DNA of 64,000 nucleotides, taken from contig NC_057749.1 of the NCBI RefSeq assembly GCF_004010195.1, positions 22,540,976-22,604,975 of the forward strand, in the 5' to 3' direction. This DNA is from Chiloscyllium plagiosum. Its lineage: Eukaryota. The notes under the pieces were generated by a model. It saw nothing but the letters and a program-made list of their open reading frames with translations. It did not search any database and was not told the origin of the DNA. This document shows, one piece after another, positions 36,518 through 48,058 of this stretch (its first letter is position 1; the number at the start of each line of letters is the position of its first letter). The position numbers and the translations under genes are program-made.

Positions 36518-39500
36518 GCCACCTTTAGGGTACAATGGACCCAAACACTCCGATCTCTCTGTACATCAATTTTCCCCAGGACTTTTCCATTTACTGTATA
36601 GTTCGCTCTTGAATTGGATCTTCCAAAATGCATCACCTCATATTTGCCCGGACTGAACTCCATTCGACATTTCTCTGCCCTACTCTCCAATCTATGTATA
36701 TTTTGCTATATTCTCTGACAGTCTCCTTCACTATCTGCTACTCCGCCAATCTTAGTGTCATCTGCAAACTTGCTGATCAGACCTCCCATATACCTTCCTC
36801 CAAATTATTTATGTTTATGACAAACAACAGTGGTCCCAGCATGGATCCCTGTGGAACACCACTGGTCACAGGTCTCCATTTTGAGAAACTCCCTTCCACT
36901 ACTACTCGGTCTCCTGTTGTCCAGCCACTGCTCTATCCATCTAGCTAGAACACCCTGGACCCCATGAGACTTCACATCAGCCTACCATGGGGACCCTTAT
37001 CAAACACCTTACCAAAGTCCATGTATATGGCATCTACAGCCCTTCCCTCATCAAACAACTTTGTCACTTACTCAAAGGATTCTAATAAGTTGGTAAGCCA
37101 TGACCTTCCCTGCACAAAACCATTCTGCCTATCACTGATAGGCCATTTTCTTCCAAATGTAAATAGCTCCTATCCTTCAGTATCTTCTCCAGCAGCTTCT
37201 CTATCACTGACATCAGGCTCACAGGTCTGTAATTACCTGGATTATCCCTGCTACCCTCCTTAAGCAAGGGGACAACATTAGCATGACCTTCCCTGCACAA
37301 AACCATTCTGCCTATCACTGATAGGCCATTTTCTTCCAAATGTAAATAGCTCCTATCCTTCAGTATCTTCTCCAGCAGCTTCTCTACCACTGACATCAGG
37401 CTCACAGGTCTGTAATTACCTGGATTATCCCTGCTACCCTACTTAAGCAAGGGGACAACATTAGCAATTTTTCAGTCCTCTGGGACCTCACCCATGTTTA
37501 AGGATGCTGTTAAAGCCCCGGCTATTTCCTCTCTCGCTTCCCTCAGTAACCTGGGATAGATCCCATCTGGACCTGGGGACTTGTCCACCTTGATGTCTAT
37601 TAGAATACCCAACATTTCCTTCCTCCTTATGCTGAGTTGACCTAGAGTAACCAAACACCTATCCCTTACTTCACCATCTGTCATACCCCTCTCCTCGGTG
37701 AATACTGAAGCAAAAGTACTCATTAAGAATCTCATCCATTTTCCCTGACTCCACAGAGAACTTTCCCCCTTTGTCCTTGAGTGGGCCAACACTTGCTCTA
37801 GTTACCCTCTTGCTCCTGATAAACGAATAAAAGGCTTTGGGATTTTCCTTAACCCTGTTTGCTAAAGATACCTCATGACCCCTTTTAGCCCTCTTAATTC
37901 CTCATTTCAGATTCATCTTACATTCCCAATATTCTTCCAAAGCTCAATCTGTCTTCAGTCATTTAGATCTTATGTATGCTTCCTTTTGCCTCTTAGCTCA
38001 TCTCACAATTTCACCTGTCATCCTTGGCTCCCTAATCTTGCCATTTCTATTCCTCATTTTCACAGAGATCTGTCTGTCCTACACCCTAATCAACCTCTCT
38101 TTAAAATCCTCCCAAATGCAGAGTTACCTTGATTGCTCCCAATCCACACTCCCCAGCTCCTGCCGAATTTTGGTACAGTTGGCTTTCCCCCAGTTTAGCA
38201 CCCTTCCTTTAGGACCACTCGTCTTTGTCCATGAATATTCTAAAACTTACAGAATTGCAATCACTAGTACAGTTGGCTTTCCCCCAGTTTAGCACCCTTC
38301 CTTTAGGACCACTCTCGTCTTTGTCCATGAATATTCTAAAACTTACAGAATTGCAATCACTATTCTCAAAGTAATCCCCTACTGAAACTTCAGTCACCTG
38401 GCCGGGCTCATTTCCCAACACCAGGTCCAGTATGGCCTCTTCCCGAGTTGGACTATTTACATACTGCCTAGAAAACCCTTATGGATGCTGCTTATAAATT
38501 CTGTTCCATCTAGACCTCTAACATTAAGTGAATCCCAGTCAACGTTGGGAAAATTAAAATCTCCTATCACTACCACCCTGTTGCTCCTACATCTTTCCAT
38601 GATCTGTTTACATATATGTACCTCTATCTCATGCTCGCTGTTGGGAGGCTTGTAGTACAGCCACAACATTGTTACCACACCCTTCTATTTCTGAGCTCTG
38701 CCCAAATTGCCTCACTGCTTGAGTCGTCCATAGTGCCTTCTTTCAGCACAGCTGCGATACCCTCTCTGACCAGTAATGCAACTCCTCCACCCCTTTTACC
38801 TCCCTCTCTATCCCACCTGAAGCATCCATATCCTGGGATATTTAGATGCCAATCATGCCCTCCCTCAACTGAGTCTCAGCAATAACAATATCATACTCCC
38901 AGGTACTAATCCAAGTTCTAAGTTCATCTGCCTTACCTATTACATTTCTTGCATCAAAACAAATGTACCTCAGATAACCAGTCCCTTTGTGTTCATCATC
39001 TGCTCCCTGTCTACTATTCCGCTTAGTCACGCTGACTTCACATCAAGTTCCTTACAGGCTTTAGTTACTACCTCCTTACTGTCCAGTAACCTCCTCATTT
39101 GGTTCCCACCCCCCCAGCCACATTAGTTTAGCAAAAGCACTCAAGGACATTGGTTCCAGTCAGGCCCAGGTGCAGACCATCTAATTTGTAATAGTTCCAC
39201 CTCCCCCAGAACTGGTCCCAATGTCCCAAAAATCTGAGCCCCTCCCTCCTGCAGCATCTCTCAAACCACGCATTCATCCTGCCTATTTCATTTCTACTCT
39301 GACTAGCGCGTGGCAGTGGTAGCCATCCTGAGATTACTACCTCTCAGGTCCTACTTTTCAACTTGGCTTCTAACTCCCTATATTCTGCTTGTAGGACTTC
39401 ATCCAGTTTTTTTTTTACCTATATCATTGGTGCATGTATGCATCACGACAGCATTACTACCTCTCAGGTCCTACTTTTCAACTTGGCTTCTAACTCCCTA

Positions 39501-40140
39501 TATTCTGCTTGTAGGACTTCATCCAGTTTTTTTTACCTATATCATTGGTGCATGTATGCATCACGACAGCTGGCTGTTCACCTTTCCTCTTGAGAATGTT
39601 CTGCAGCCGACCTGAGAAATCACTGATCCGTGCACCTGGGAGGCAACATACCATAAGGGAGTCTCGTTTTCAACCACAGAAACGCCTATCTACTCCCCTT
39701 ACAATTTAATCCCCAATGATTCTAGCCCTTCCATTCTTTTCCTGCCCTTCTGCGCAGCAGAGCCAGCCACAGTGCCATGACCCTGGCTACTGCTGTCTTC
39801 CCCTGGTGAGCCATCTCCCCCAGCAGTATCCAAAATGACTTCATCCACAGCTCCAGAGCCGTCATGGGGTCTAATGAGCTGCAGTTGGACACACCTCTTG
39901 CACGTGAAGGAGTCAGGGACACCAGCCGTGCCCCTGAGCTCCCACATTGAGCAGGAGGCGCATAACACAGGTCGGAGATCTCCTGCTACTTTTAATCTTA
40001 AGCTTAACTTAGGTAAATGACAAAGGAAAAATGTTTTTAACAAATCACATGACTTAAAAAAATAGAAAACCCTTAACTTATCAACATACCACAGAGTCCT
40101 TTTTTTTGATTAGAGGAGGGCAGTGGTTAGAAACACTACA
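35880..40140 (-). mobile_element. Near full-length, inactivated CR1 LINE (ORF1 zinc finger/esterase, ORF2 APE and RT)
   Basis: ORF1 CASCSMWELR..FTCKRCVQLQL; YICFDARNVIGKADELR; VVVIGDFNFPNVDW; KVDKSPGPDGIYPRLLREAREEI; DNPGNYRPVSL; VRPHLEYCIQF; 3' tail at ca. 35880-35940. Frameshifts throughout. Confidence 0.92.
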
Positions 40141-41124
40141 CGTAGGTAGAGACAGAGTGTAACAGGTAGAATAACAGAGTCAGAGAGATGTACAGCATGG
40201 AAACAGACCCTTCGGTCCAACCCGTCCATGCCGACCAGATATCCCAACCCAATCTCGTCCCACCTGCCAGCACCCGGCCCATATCCCTCCAAACCCTTCC
40301 TATTCAAGGATTCGGAGGAACAGAGACAACAGTAACAAATAGACAGGGAATCAAAGAGAGACAGCACAAGAGAGAGACATCAATGAGAACTAGGGAGAGA
40401 AACTGAAGAGGAAGAGACAAAGGGAGAGAGACATAGAGGGAAGGACAGAGACTGAGGCCATGAATTTAAGGATTGTTTGGGTGGGGTGGGGGGTGGAGGA
40501 GGGAGAGGATGGTGGTTTTTCTCTTGCCACCTGCAGAGTCAGTGACAAGTTTAACACCATCGCTCTGGCTACCGGATAGTCACTTCATGCAGCAAGGAGT
40601 GGTCTTTGCAAGGCAATGCGACTTCTGCACCAGTGGTTGTACTGGACAGGGCAGGGACTGCAAATCATTCCCAGAGTCTAAGTTCCAGGAGTACAAGAGC
40701 AGCTAACGGTCTAACGGTACATCAGGGATTCAGGGCAGGGACAGGATAGATGGGGAGGGGGGGAATGCCGTGATGGAACGAGATGGGATGTTGTTGGTGC
40801 AGAGATTGGTGGGAGAGGGAACGCCAGGAGTGAAATGGCAGAGGGTGAGGTTGGGGTGGGGTATGAAATGATATCCAATGTGGAAAGGAAGCTGTTGATT
40901 GAGGCACCCACTCACCCCTTTGTGCAGTAAAGAGTTAACCAGAGTGTCAGGATGTGGTAAAAAATCTGTATCGTAGTGATGGCAGAACACAGAGATAAAG
41001 GCAGAGTCTTCAGGTTTCTAGACAATGCCCTCCTTATCAATCTTTCTGTATTGCTCTGTTCAGTGAAGCCTGTTCATGTTCCCTCTTACTACATGATAGC
41101 ACACAGTGGTCAGGCTAATGGAGC

Positions 41125-41460
41125 TGGAGTCAAGATTAGAGTGGTGCTGGAAAAGCAGAGCAGGTCAGGCAGTATCCGAGCAGGAAAATCGACGTTTCGG
41201 GCAGGAGCCTTTCATCAGGAATGAGGCTGACAGCCTTCGGGATGGAGAGATGAATGGGAGGGGGATGGGTCTGATGAGGCTGACAGCCTTCGGGATGGAG
41301 AGATGAATGGGAGGGGGATGGGTCTGGGCAGAAGGTAGCTAAGAGTGCAATAGGTGGATGGAGATGGGGATAAAGGTGAAAGGTCAGTGAGGAGGGTGCA
41401 GCGGATAGGTGGGAAGGAAGATTGGCCGGTAGGACAGGTCAGCGAGAAGAACCTAAAATG
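41125..41460 (-). mobile_element. Penelope-like 3' end (family A) with a 53-bp tandem duplication
   Basis: gagtcaagattagagtggtgctggaaaagc..gacgtttcgggcaggagcctttcatcagga; duplication 41221-41273 / 41274-41326. Confidence 0.75.
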
Positions 41461-41739
41461 AAGGCCAGAGACAGCACAATGAAGAACAAAGCTAGCCCAG
41501 TGATCCAACCCCTCAGCTGGGGGGGGACACATTTCACTGACAACCATTCCCTCTTGCCCTTGATCAAGTTCAAACTGCCTAATCTAAGGAGCCTGTCCAC
41601 ATCCTGGAACAAAGTGCTCCAGCATTAAGTTTTAAATGTAATGTTGATCTCAATCTTTGTGCACCTTCTCTGCAGCCGTAACATTGTATTCCTCGCTCTG
41701 TCCTATCACCCTGATGCACTTTGTATGATATGATCTAGT

Positions 41740-42051
41740 GGGCGGCACGGCGGCACAGTGGTTAGCACTGCTACCTCACAGCGCCAGAGACTTGGGTTCA
41801 ATTCCCGCCTCAGGCGACTGACTGTGTGGAGTTTGCACATTCTCCCTGTGTCTGCGTGGGTTTCCTCCGGGTGCTCTGGTTTCCTCCCATAGTCGAAAGA
41901 TGTGCAGGTTAGGTGAATTGGCCATGCTAAATTGCCCTAATGTTAGGTAAGGGGTAAATGTAGGGGTATGGGTGGGTTGCGCTTCGGCGGGTTGGTGTGG
42001 ACTTGTTGTACCGAAGGGTCTGTTTCCACACTGTAATGTAATCTAATCTAA
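41740..42051 (+). mobile_element. Full-length HE1-like V-SINE inserted in a Rex1-type 3' UTR (ca. 41630-42120)
   Basis: gggcggcacggcggcacagtggttagc (A box), ggttcaattcc (B box, ca. 41795-41805), V-domain, CR1-like tail and (taatc)n end. Confidence 0.92.
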
Positions 42052-42873
42052 TGTACTGCAAGCAAAACAAAATCATTCACCATACCTAGGTACATGTGAC
42101 AATAATAAATCAAATCAAAAAGTGTCCAGGTAATTTTCTCCCTGCCTAAATGTCTACAGTTCAAACGTGAGTTCCTCAACTCAGCTCCAAAGTGGCTTGA
42201 TCTGCAAACATTTGCTCCAAGTGTGTTTGCTGTGGATCACCTTGGTGCCCAGCAGTTCCCACATGCTGCAGCTGCAACACACCACCAACCTGCCACCTCA
42301 CTGCATTTTAGTTATTTAAATTACGAATTAAATCAGGATAACATGCCTGCTCTTTAAGCTTGATGAATCCCCATTCTGAACACAAAATTCTTCCTTCATG
42401 GACACATGATGAACAATCTTACACCTATTTGTAAGAAAACCAAGAGAGAAAAAAGTGGAGACCGGAACACAAACTGAATGCTTACTTTCATGTTACATTT
42501 AGAAATACTCACCAATCAGCTGCTTTGTTTAGAGAAAAGCAACCAAGACCTGTCTCCTTCCTCTGACTAACTCATTCTAACAACTCCAGAGCTCTCATCA
42601 AGTTGCATTTCCAAGTGCTAAGTTGCACTACGTTGGCTACTCACATGCACCCAACAGAAAGGGCCTTGCTGAGTCATTTACGGAGGATCAGGTTTCAGCT
42701 TAATAACACTGCTGTTTCCGTGCAACTTTTGAAAACAAACCTGATCACAACTGTAGAATTTTAAAACTGCAGTTTTGCACAAATTAAAGATTTAGACTCT
42801 TTGTTACCCAACACAGCAGTGCAACGAATCAAATACAAAATGTTCAAATAGCAAAACTGGTTAGACAAACAGC

Positions 42874-43006
42874 ACAACTGGGCACTGCAGGGTACAGCTG
42901 AACACTGTGGGCTAGAGCTGGACACTCCGGGCTACAACTGGGCACGGTGGGCTACAGCTGGACACTGTGGGCTGGAGCTGGGCACTGCAGGCTGGAGCTG
43001 GGCACT
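42874..43006. repeat. 20-bp minisatellite, about 6.5 units
   Basis: Units resembling gctgg(a/g)cactgtgggctaca in register every 20 nt. Confidence 0.85.
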
Positions 43007-43714
43007 TTCAGTGTCTGCAAGACATTTTAGTTGACAGCTGGACACTGCAATTTATCCTGCTGCATCTTCAAAAATAAACATTTGCAACCAGTGTGTAAGG
43101 ACTGATGAAGAAAGCTTCTCTGTCTCCTTATGCATTCTGCTGCCAATTAATACCAATCCACCTTTGCAAACACAGCTATGTTATAGAGACTGTAACAAAC
43201 TGGACTGAACACAGTCGATCTAGCTGCTGATGTTTTGAGCGGTTGGGGTTTTTCGAGTAGCCAACGGCTGGCTCCACACTCACCGCGCTCTGTGCACGTA
43301 ATTAAAACTAGGCACAGCTGTTGCTACTCTTCTTTCCCTAACCAACAGCAAATTGAAATGCTTCCCTTTACAAAGTGCTTATCTATTCTAAAGTGAACAT
43401 GGTTCCAGTGATTAATCACCAAATGAGACAGAACACACCTGGAATTACATGATTCCTGTGTAACATCAGTGACTGTAACATCACAGTCAGTGGTTATTTC
43501 CACAATGACTGCAGAGAACACAGGAGAGGGCTTTTGTGGCACAGTTTCAGAGTCCCCACCTCTGGATCCAGAGGCCTAGATTCAAGACCCACCTGCTTCA
43601 GATGTATGTAATCGCATCTCGGAACAGGTTGATTAAAACATAAATAGCTAGGGACTGGACGCTTATGGTGGGGTGGTAGTGTCCCTCTTCTGAGCCAGGG
43701 GGTCCCTTGTTCTA

Positions 43715-44030
43715 GAATCACAGAATCCCTACCGTGTGGAAGCAGGCCATTCAGCCCACTGATCCTACGAAGGGCATCCCATCCAGACCCACCCCATCCC
43801 TATAACCCTGTATTTCCCATGGCTAACCCATCCAGCCTGCACATCCCTGGACACCATATGGGGCAATTTAGCATGGCCAATCCACTCTAACCTGCATATC
43901 ACTGGATTGTGGGAGGAAACCGGAGCACCCAGAGGAAATCCACGCACTCAGAGAGTGTGTCACCCGAGGCTGGAATCGAACGTGGGTCCCTGGTGCTGTG
44001 AGGCAGCAGTGCTAACCACTGAGCCAGTGA
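43715..44030 (-). mobile_element. HE1-like V-SINE
   Basis: Reverse-strand head gcagcagtgctaaccactgagcc and V-domain. Confidence 0.85.
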
Positions 44031-46689
44031 TGTGTACTAACAGCTCTGAACAGGCTGATTAAAGTATCTAGGGAGTCAGATATCAAGCTACATTTATTTG
44101 AATAAATATTAAAGTAAACAAAAGATGGCTAAGCAAAAAGAGAACAATCTGTGCTGGGATTATGGCTGAAACATTATGCGTGCCTCTTTAAGAGTGACTT
44201 GAGTTCACCCCATCCCCCAAGCACTGAGCTCCCCTGTAGGTGGCTGACGGCAGATTCAGAGCCTGCCAAGCTTTCCATGACCACAGATTCAATCCCACTG
44301 CAGGCATCTTCCAAGAGAAACAGAATTTACCACAGATCATGAGCCTTCATCCTTAAGTCAATCCAGAAGTGGGGGAGGGGTTGGCGAGCCTACCTGCTCC
44401 ATTACTTACCATCGAGTGTCCCTCAACAAACACGCAGATCACACTAGCCCTTGCTTCACACCTAACCGTGAGCCCACTTTGTGCTTTTTTTTAAAAAATA
44501 CAGTTTGGATCTTGAAAAGCCAAGCTCACATATTGAACCGTCACACATAATGGATGTGACCTGATTTCCGTGTCTTCATGTATGATCTGCCCTCGACCGT
44601 AACATCTAGCACCATTCATAACTCTGGAGATGCTGAAGCAGTTCAGGTCCACAGATACAACACTTCAGTTTGGGCTTGATAAACGGCAAAGTAATATTTC
44701 CCTCACTTACAAACAACATCAGTAAGGAACAAGAATAGGCTACTAGGCCTTTAAATCTGCTCCACCATTCAATAAGATCATGACTGATCTGATTTTAACC
44801 TTGACTCCCACATATCCCCCGCTAATCTTTCATTAAGATCTTCATTTTTCCTTCTCTTCTCTTGTGCTTTTCTTCTCTCTGTACCTTAACTTACCTCTTG
44901 AGCTTGGATAGCATTGGTGATGGTGGCGAGAGCCCAGCACACAGGCCTCGAGAGAGCCTACTGTGGACATTGTGATGGGCCCCAGTCCAGAGGAGAGCGA
45001 GCGGGCCCCAGCCCAGAGGAGAGCGAGCGGGCCCTTAATCACTTTTCCCAGATGAGCATGGGACCTGGCATCAGAAAATCTGCAGCTGCTAGATTGGCAG
45101 AGGTTACATCAGTGAGGTAGACCCAGTGGCAAAAGAAATGGTGCCTGAGTATTGGCGACTTCGTCATTGGTTGGGTCGAGTGGTGAAGGGGTGGCAGCTG
45201 TGCATCACAGCAACATTGACGAGGTGGGCCCAGAGGCGAGGTCTGTGACTCAGGCATTAGTTTGGTATGGAGCGGGCAGCAACGGGGAGGCACTGGCAGA
45301 GGAGAAACGTGCTAAGGGTGAAAGATAGCACCTGAAAAATCAGCAACTTTGACACTTGTCTGATAGATGGCAGTGGAGGAGGGATGGCGGCGTGGGCCAT
45401 TATTGATGGTGACGAGCTAGCTTAATACTGATGGATTCTCTTTGAGGCTATATCATTCCTTATCTCCTCCTTGTTCTTCAATTATTCAAAATGGCACCAA
45501 ATTGTAGCAACAGTTGAAAGCTTTTCACTGTATTTTACTCTATTCTTACAAGTGACCATAAAATCATTCAAGAATCCAACTACCTCTGCTTTAAGAATAT
45601 TTAAAGATACCAAATCCACTGCCTTTTGGGGAATGGAATTCAAATACACTCAACCCTTTAGAAAGGGTTCCCCAGTCCTGAAGAGGAGGAAACATTGACT
45701 TCTCCACCTCCTGATGCTGCCTGGCTTGCTGTGTTCTTCTGGCCTACTCTTGCAGTTTGGCAGCTGTGTGTACCACATACAGAAAGGAGTGCAGCAGCCA
45801 TTCCAAGACTCCTGGAATCTCTCCTGCCTATATACACAAGGCCAGCAATTGCATGGGAACACAACTACCTGATAGCTGCCCCTTGAAGCCACAAACTATC
45901 CTGATATGGACCTACATCACTGTTCCTTCACTGTCAATGGGCCAAAATCCTTCCTACAGATACAGTGAGTATACCTGTCTTGCATGGACTGCTGCTGTTC
46001 AAGAAGCAGGTTCACTACTACCTTCACAAGAGCAATTAGGATTGCTAGCAAATACTGGCATAGCAATGAAGCAATTAAAAATTTAAACAGAGCTTGGCAG
46101 TTAACTGCCTGTCATCATTTCCTGGTGCATTCTCCTTAGCAACACCTCTTACCAGAGTTATTCCAATAAACAAGTAAAAATAACACAGCTGAGGATGAAA
46201 GCGAATTGTGTTGTGTTAGAATAATCAAGCTATTAGACAATATTTCTTACATAATCCTGAACGTATGAAGAATGATGGCAGCAATTAATTCAGAATTGTC
46301 AGTCAGACTCAGAATATGGTGTACTTATTTGCACTGAAAATTGCATGTATTAACACAAATGGCCTTGTCCTTTTCAAAGCAACAGTGGGTGTCAGCCATT
46401 CTCTGAGTCATATCCCAAGCCAACGTCTTAGCCAATCAGAGTCAACCTACTTTTCTCAAAGTTTAAACAGAGCTTGTCAGTTATCCGTCTGTCATCATTA
46501 ACTGGTGCATTCTCCTGGGCAGCACCTCTACCAGAGTTCACTCTGCAAACATTCTCTTCTCATTGAGTATGGTATCTCTTGCAAATTGTCCCTGATGAGT
46601 GTAAGAGAAAATGCTACGACAAAATGTGTCTTTTGTCAGCACAATCAAGTAACGACAAATGGGAGGGGTGGGCTTCAGGAACAGTGAGG

Positions 46690-47120
46690 CAAGGTTACAG
46701 CAGTCTGATATCATGTAGGTAGAAGCAGACCATCTTCCCAGTGATGGGGATGGAGCTTACCTCAGGGGCAAATAGAACATCAATCTGAAAACAGTGTAGT
46801 TCCACCTCCAACAGTTGCCCAGGAGACAGATTAATGGGGTGGCAAAAGAATAAGGTTTCTGACTCCTTCCCAGGACAATAGCTTGAATCTCCAAATAACT
46901 GATCAACTGGAGACAGTTCCTGATCAGCCAGTCATGGATACTGGCTAAGCAGGGTGTACATTTAGAGATAGGGCCAGTGAGGTAAAGCTGGGCACCATCA
47001 ATGTGCATGTGGAAAATGATGCCATGATTTAACTTGACATTACTGAGGGGCAACACTCACATGCAAAAATGGAGGCATTGTGGGGACGCAGAGGCATTGG
47101 TGCTGGATGAGAACACATCG
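46690..47120 (-). mobile_element. Ancient L2 LINE RT remnant
   Basis: HGIIFHMHIDGAQLYL..CLASIHDWLIRNCLQL resembles L2 HGxxFHxYADDTQLYL..WMxxNFLQLN. Confidence 0.7.
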
Positions 47121-47152
47121 CCAATGAATCATTAGTTTTAACTGGATCAAAG

Positions 47153-47376
47153 TTAGAGTCAAAAAGGATGGCGCTGGAAAAGCACAGCCGGTCAGGAAGC
47201 ATTCGAAGAGCAGGAGATTCGACGTTTTGAGCATAAGCCCATCATCATTCCTGATGAAGAGCTTACGTTCGAAACATCGACTCTCTTGCTCCTCAGATGC
47301 TGCCTGACTGGCTGTGCTTTTCCAGCACCACCCTTTTTGACTCTGATCTCCAGCATCTGCAGTCCCCACTTTCTCC
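47153..47376. mobile_element. Palindromic PLE terminal insertion (family A)
   Basis: agagtcaaaaagg..gctggaaaagcacagcc and its inverse; central cctgatgaagagcttacgttcgaaacatcga is a degenerate hammerhead. Confidence 0.75.
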
Positions 47377-47747
47377 TCATCCAAAGATAGCTCCAGATGC
47401 TTGCGTAAAGGCCACCTTAGAAATCTGGGTAATCCTTCCACTAACGGGGCTGATTTACACACAAAATTTAAAATTAAGCAGCTAGTAGATAGTTGCAAAT
47501 TACATGATTCAAAACAAGGCAATTTGTGTTCCATTAATGTGAATTTTATTTATTCAATAAAGTAACCATGCAATATATTTATAACTACAATCAAAGCATT
47601 TAAAGCTCATTAAACTCATTGTCAGTAGCATCTGGCTCAAAGAGGATTCATGTCTTAAACTCCTGCCTGCTTTTGTCACACAGCTTTTAATGCCAGTCTG
47701 ATCTTTTGTTCCCAGTCACAAGGCACTAATATATAAAATGCGCTTTT

Positions 47748-48058
47748 AGAATCCCGACAAGGCAGAGAGAGGCCATTTGGCCCATTGAATCTGTAGTGAC
47801 CCTCTGAAGGGCACCGCACCCAGACCTCTACCCTATTATCCCACATTTAGCATGGCTAACCCACCTAGCCTGCACACTAGGGGCAATTTCCCATGGCCAA
47901 TGCACCTAACCTGCATACCTTCGGACTGTGGGAGGAAACCGGAGCACTCGCAGGTAACCCACGCAGAACGCCTTAGTGGAGTTTGCACAATCACCGAAGG
48001 CTGGAATCGAACCTGGCACCGTAAAGATAGCAGTGCTAACCACTGAGTCACTGTGCTG
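47748..48058 (-). mobile_element. HE1-like V-SINE
   Basis: ggactgtgggaggaaaccggagcac..cagtgctaaccactgag. Confidence 0.8.

Noticed and set aside
40537..40706. Plus-strand acceptor followed by an open frame
   Set aside because: No supporting partner exon or recognisable peptide.
41740..41810. tRNA gene
   Set aside because: The A and B boxes belong to the SINE head, which continues into the V-domain and LINE tail.
42874..43006. CRISPR-like array
   Set aside because: Contiguous tandem units without unique spacers in vertebrate DNA, with no cas genes.
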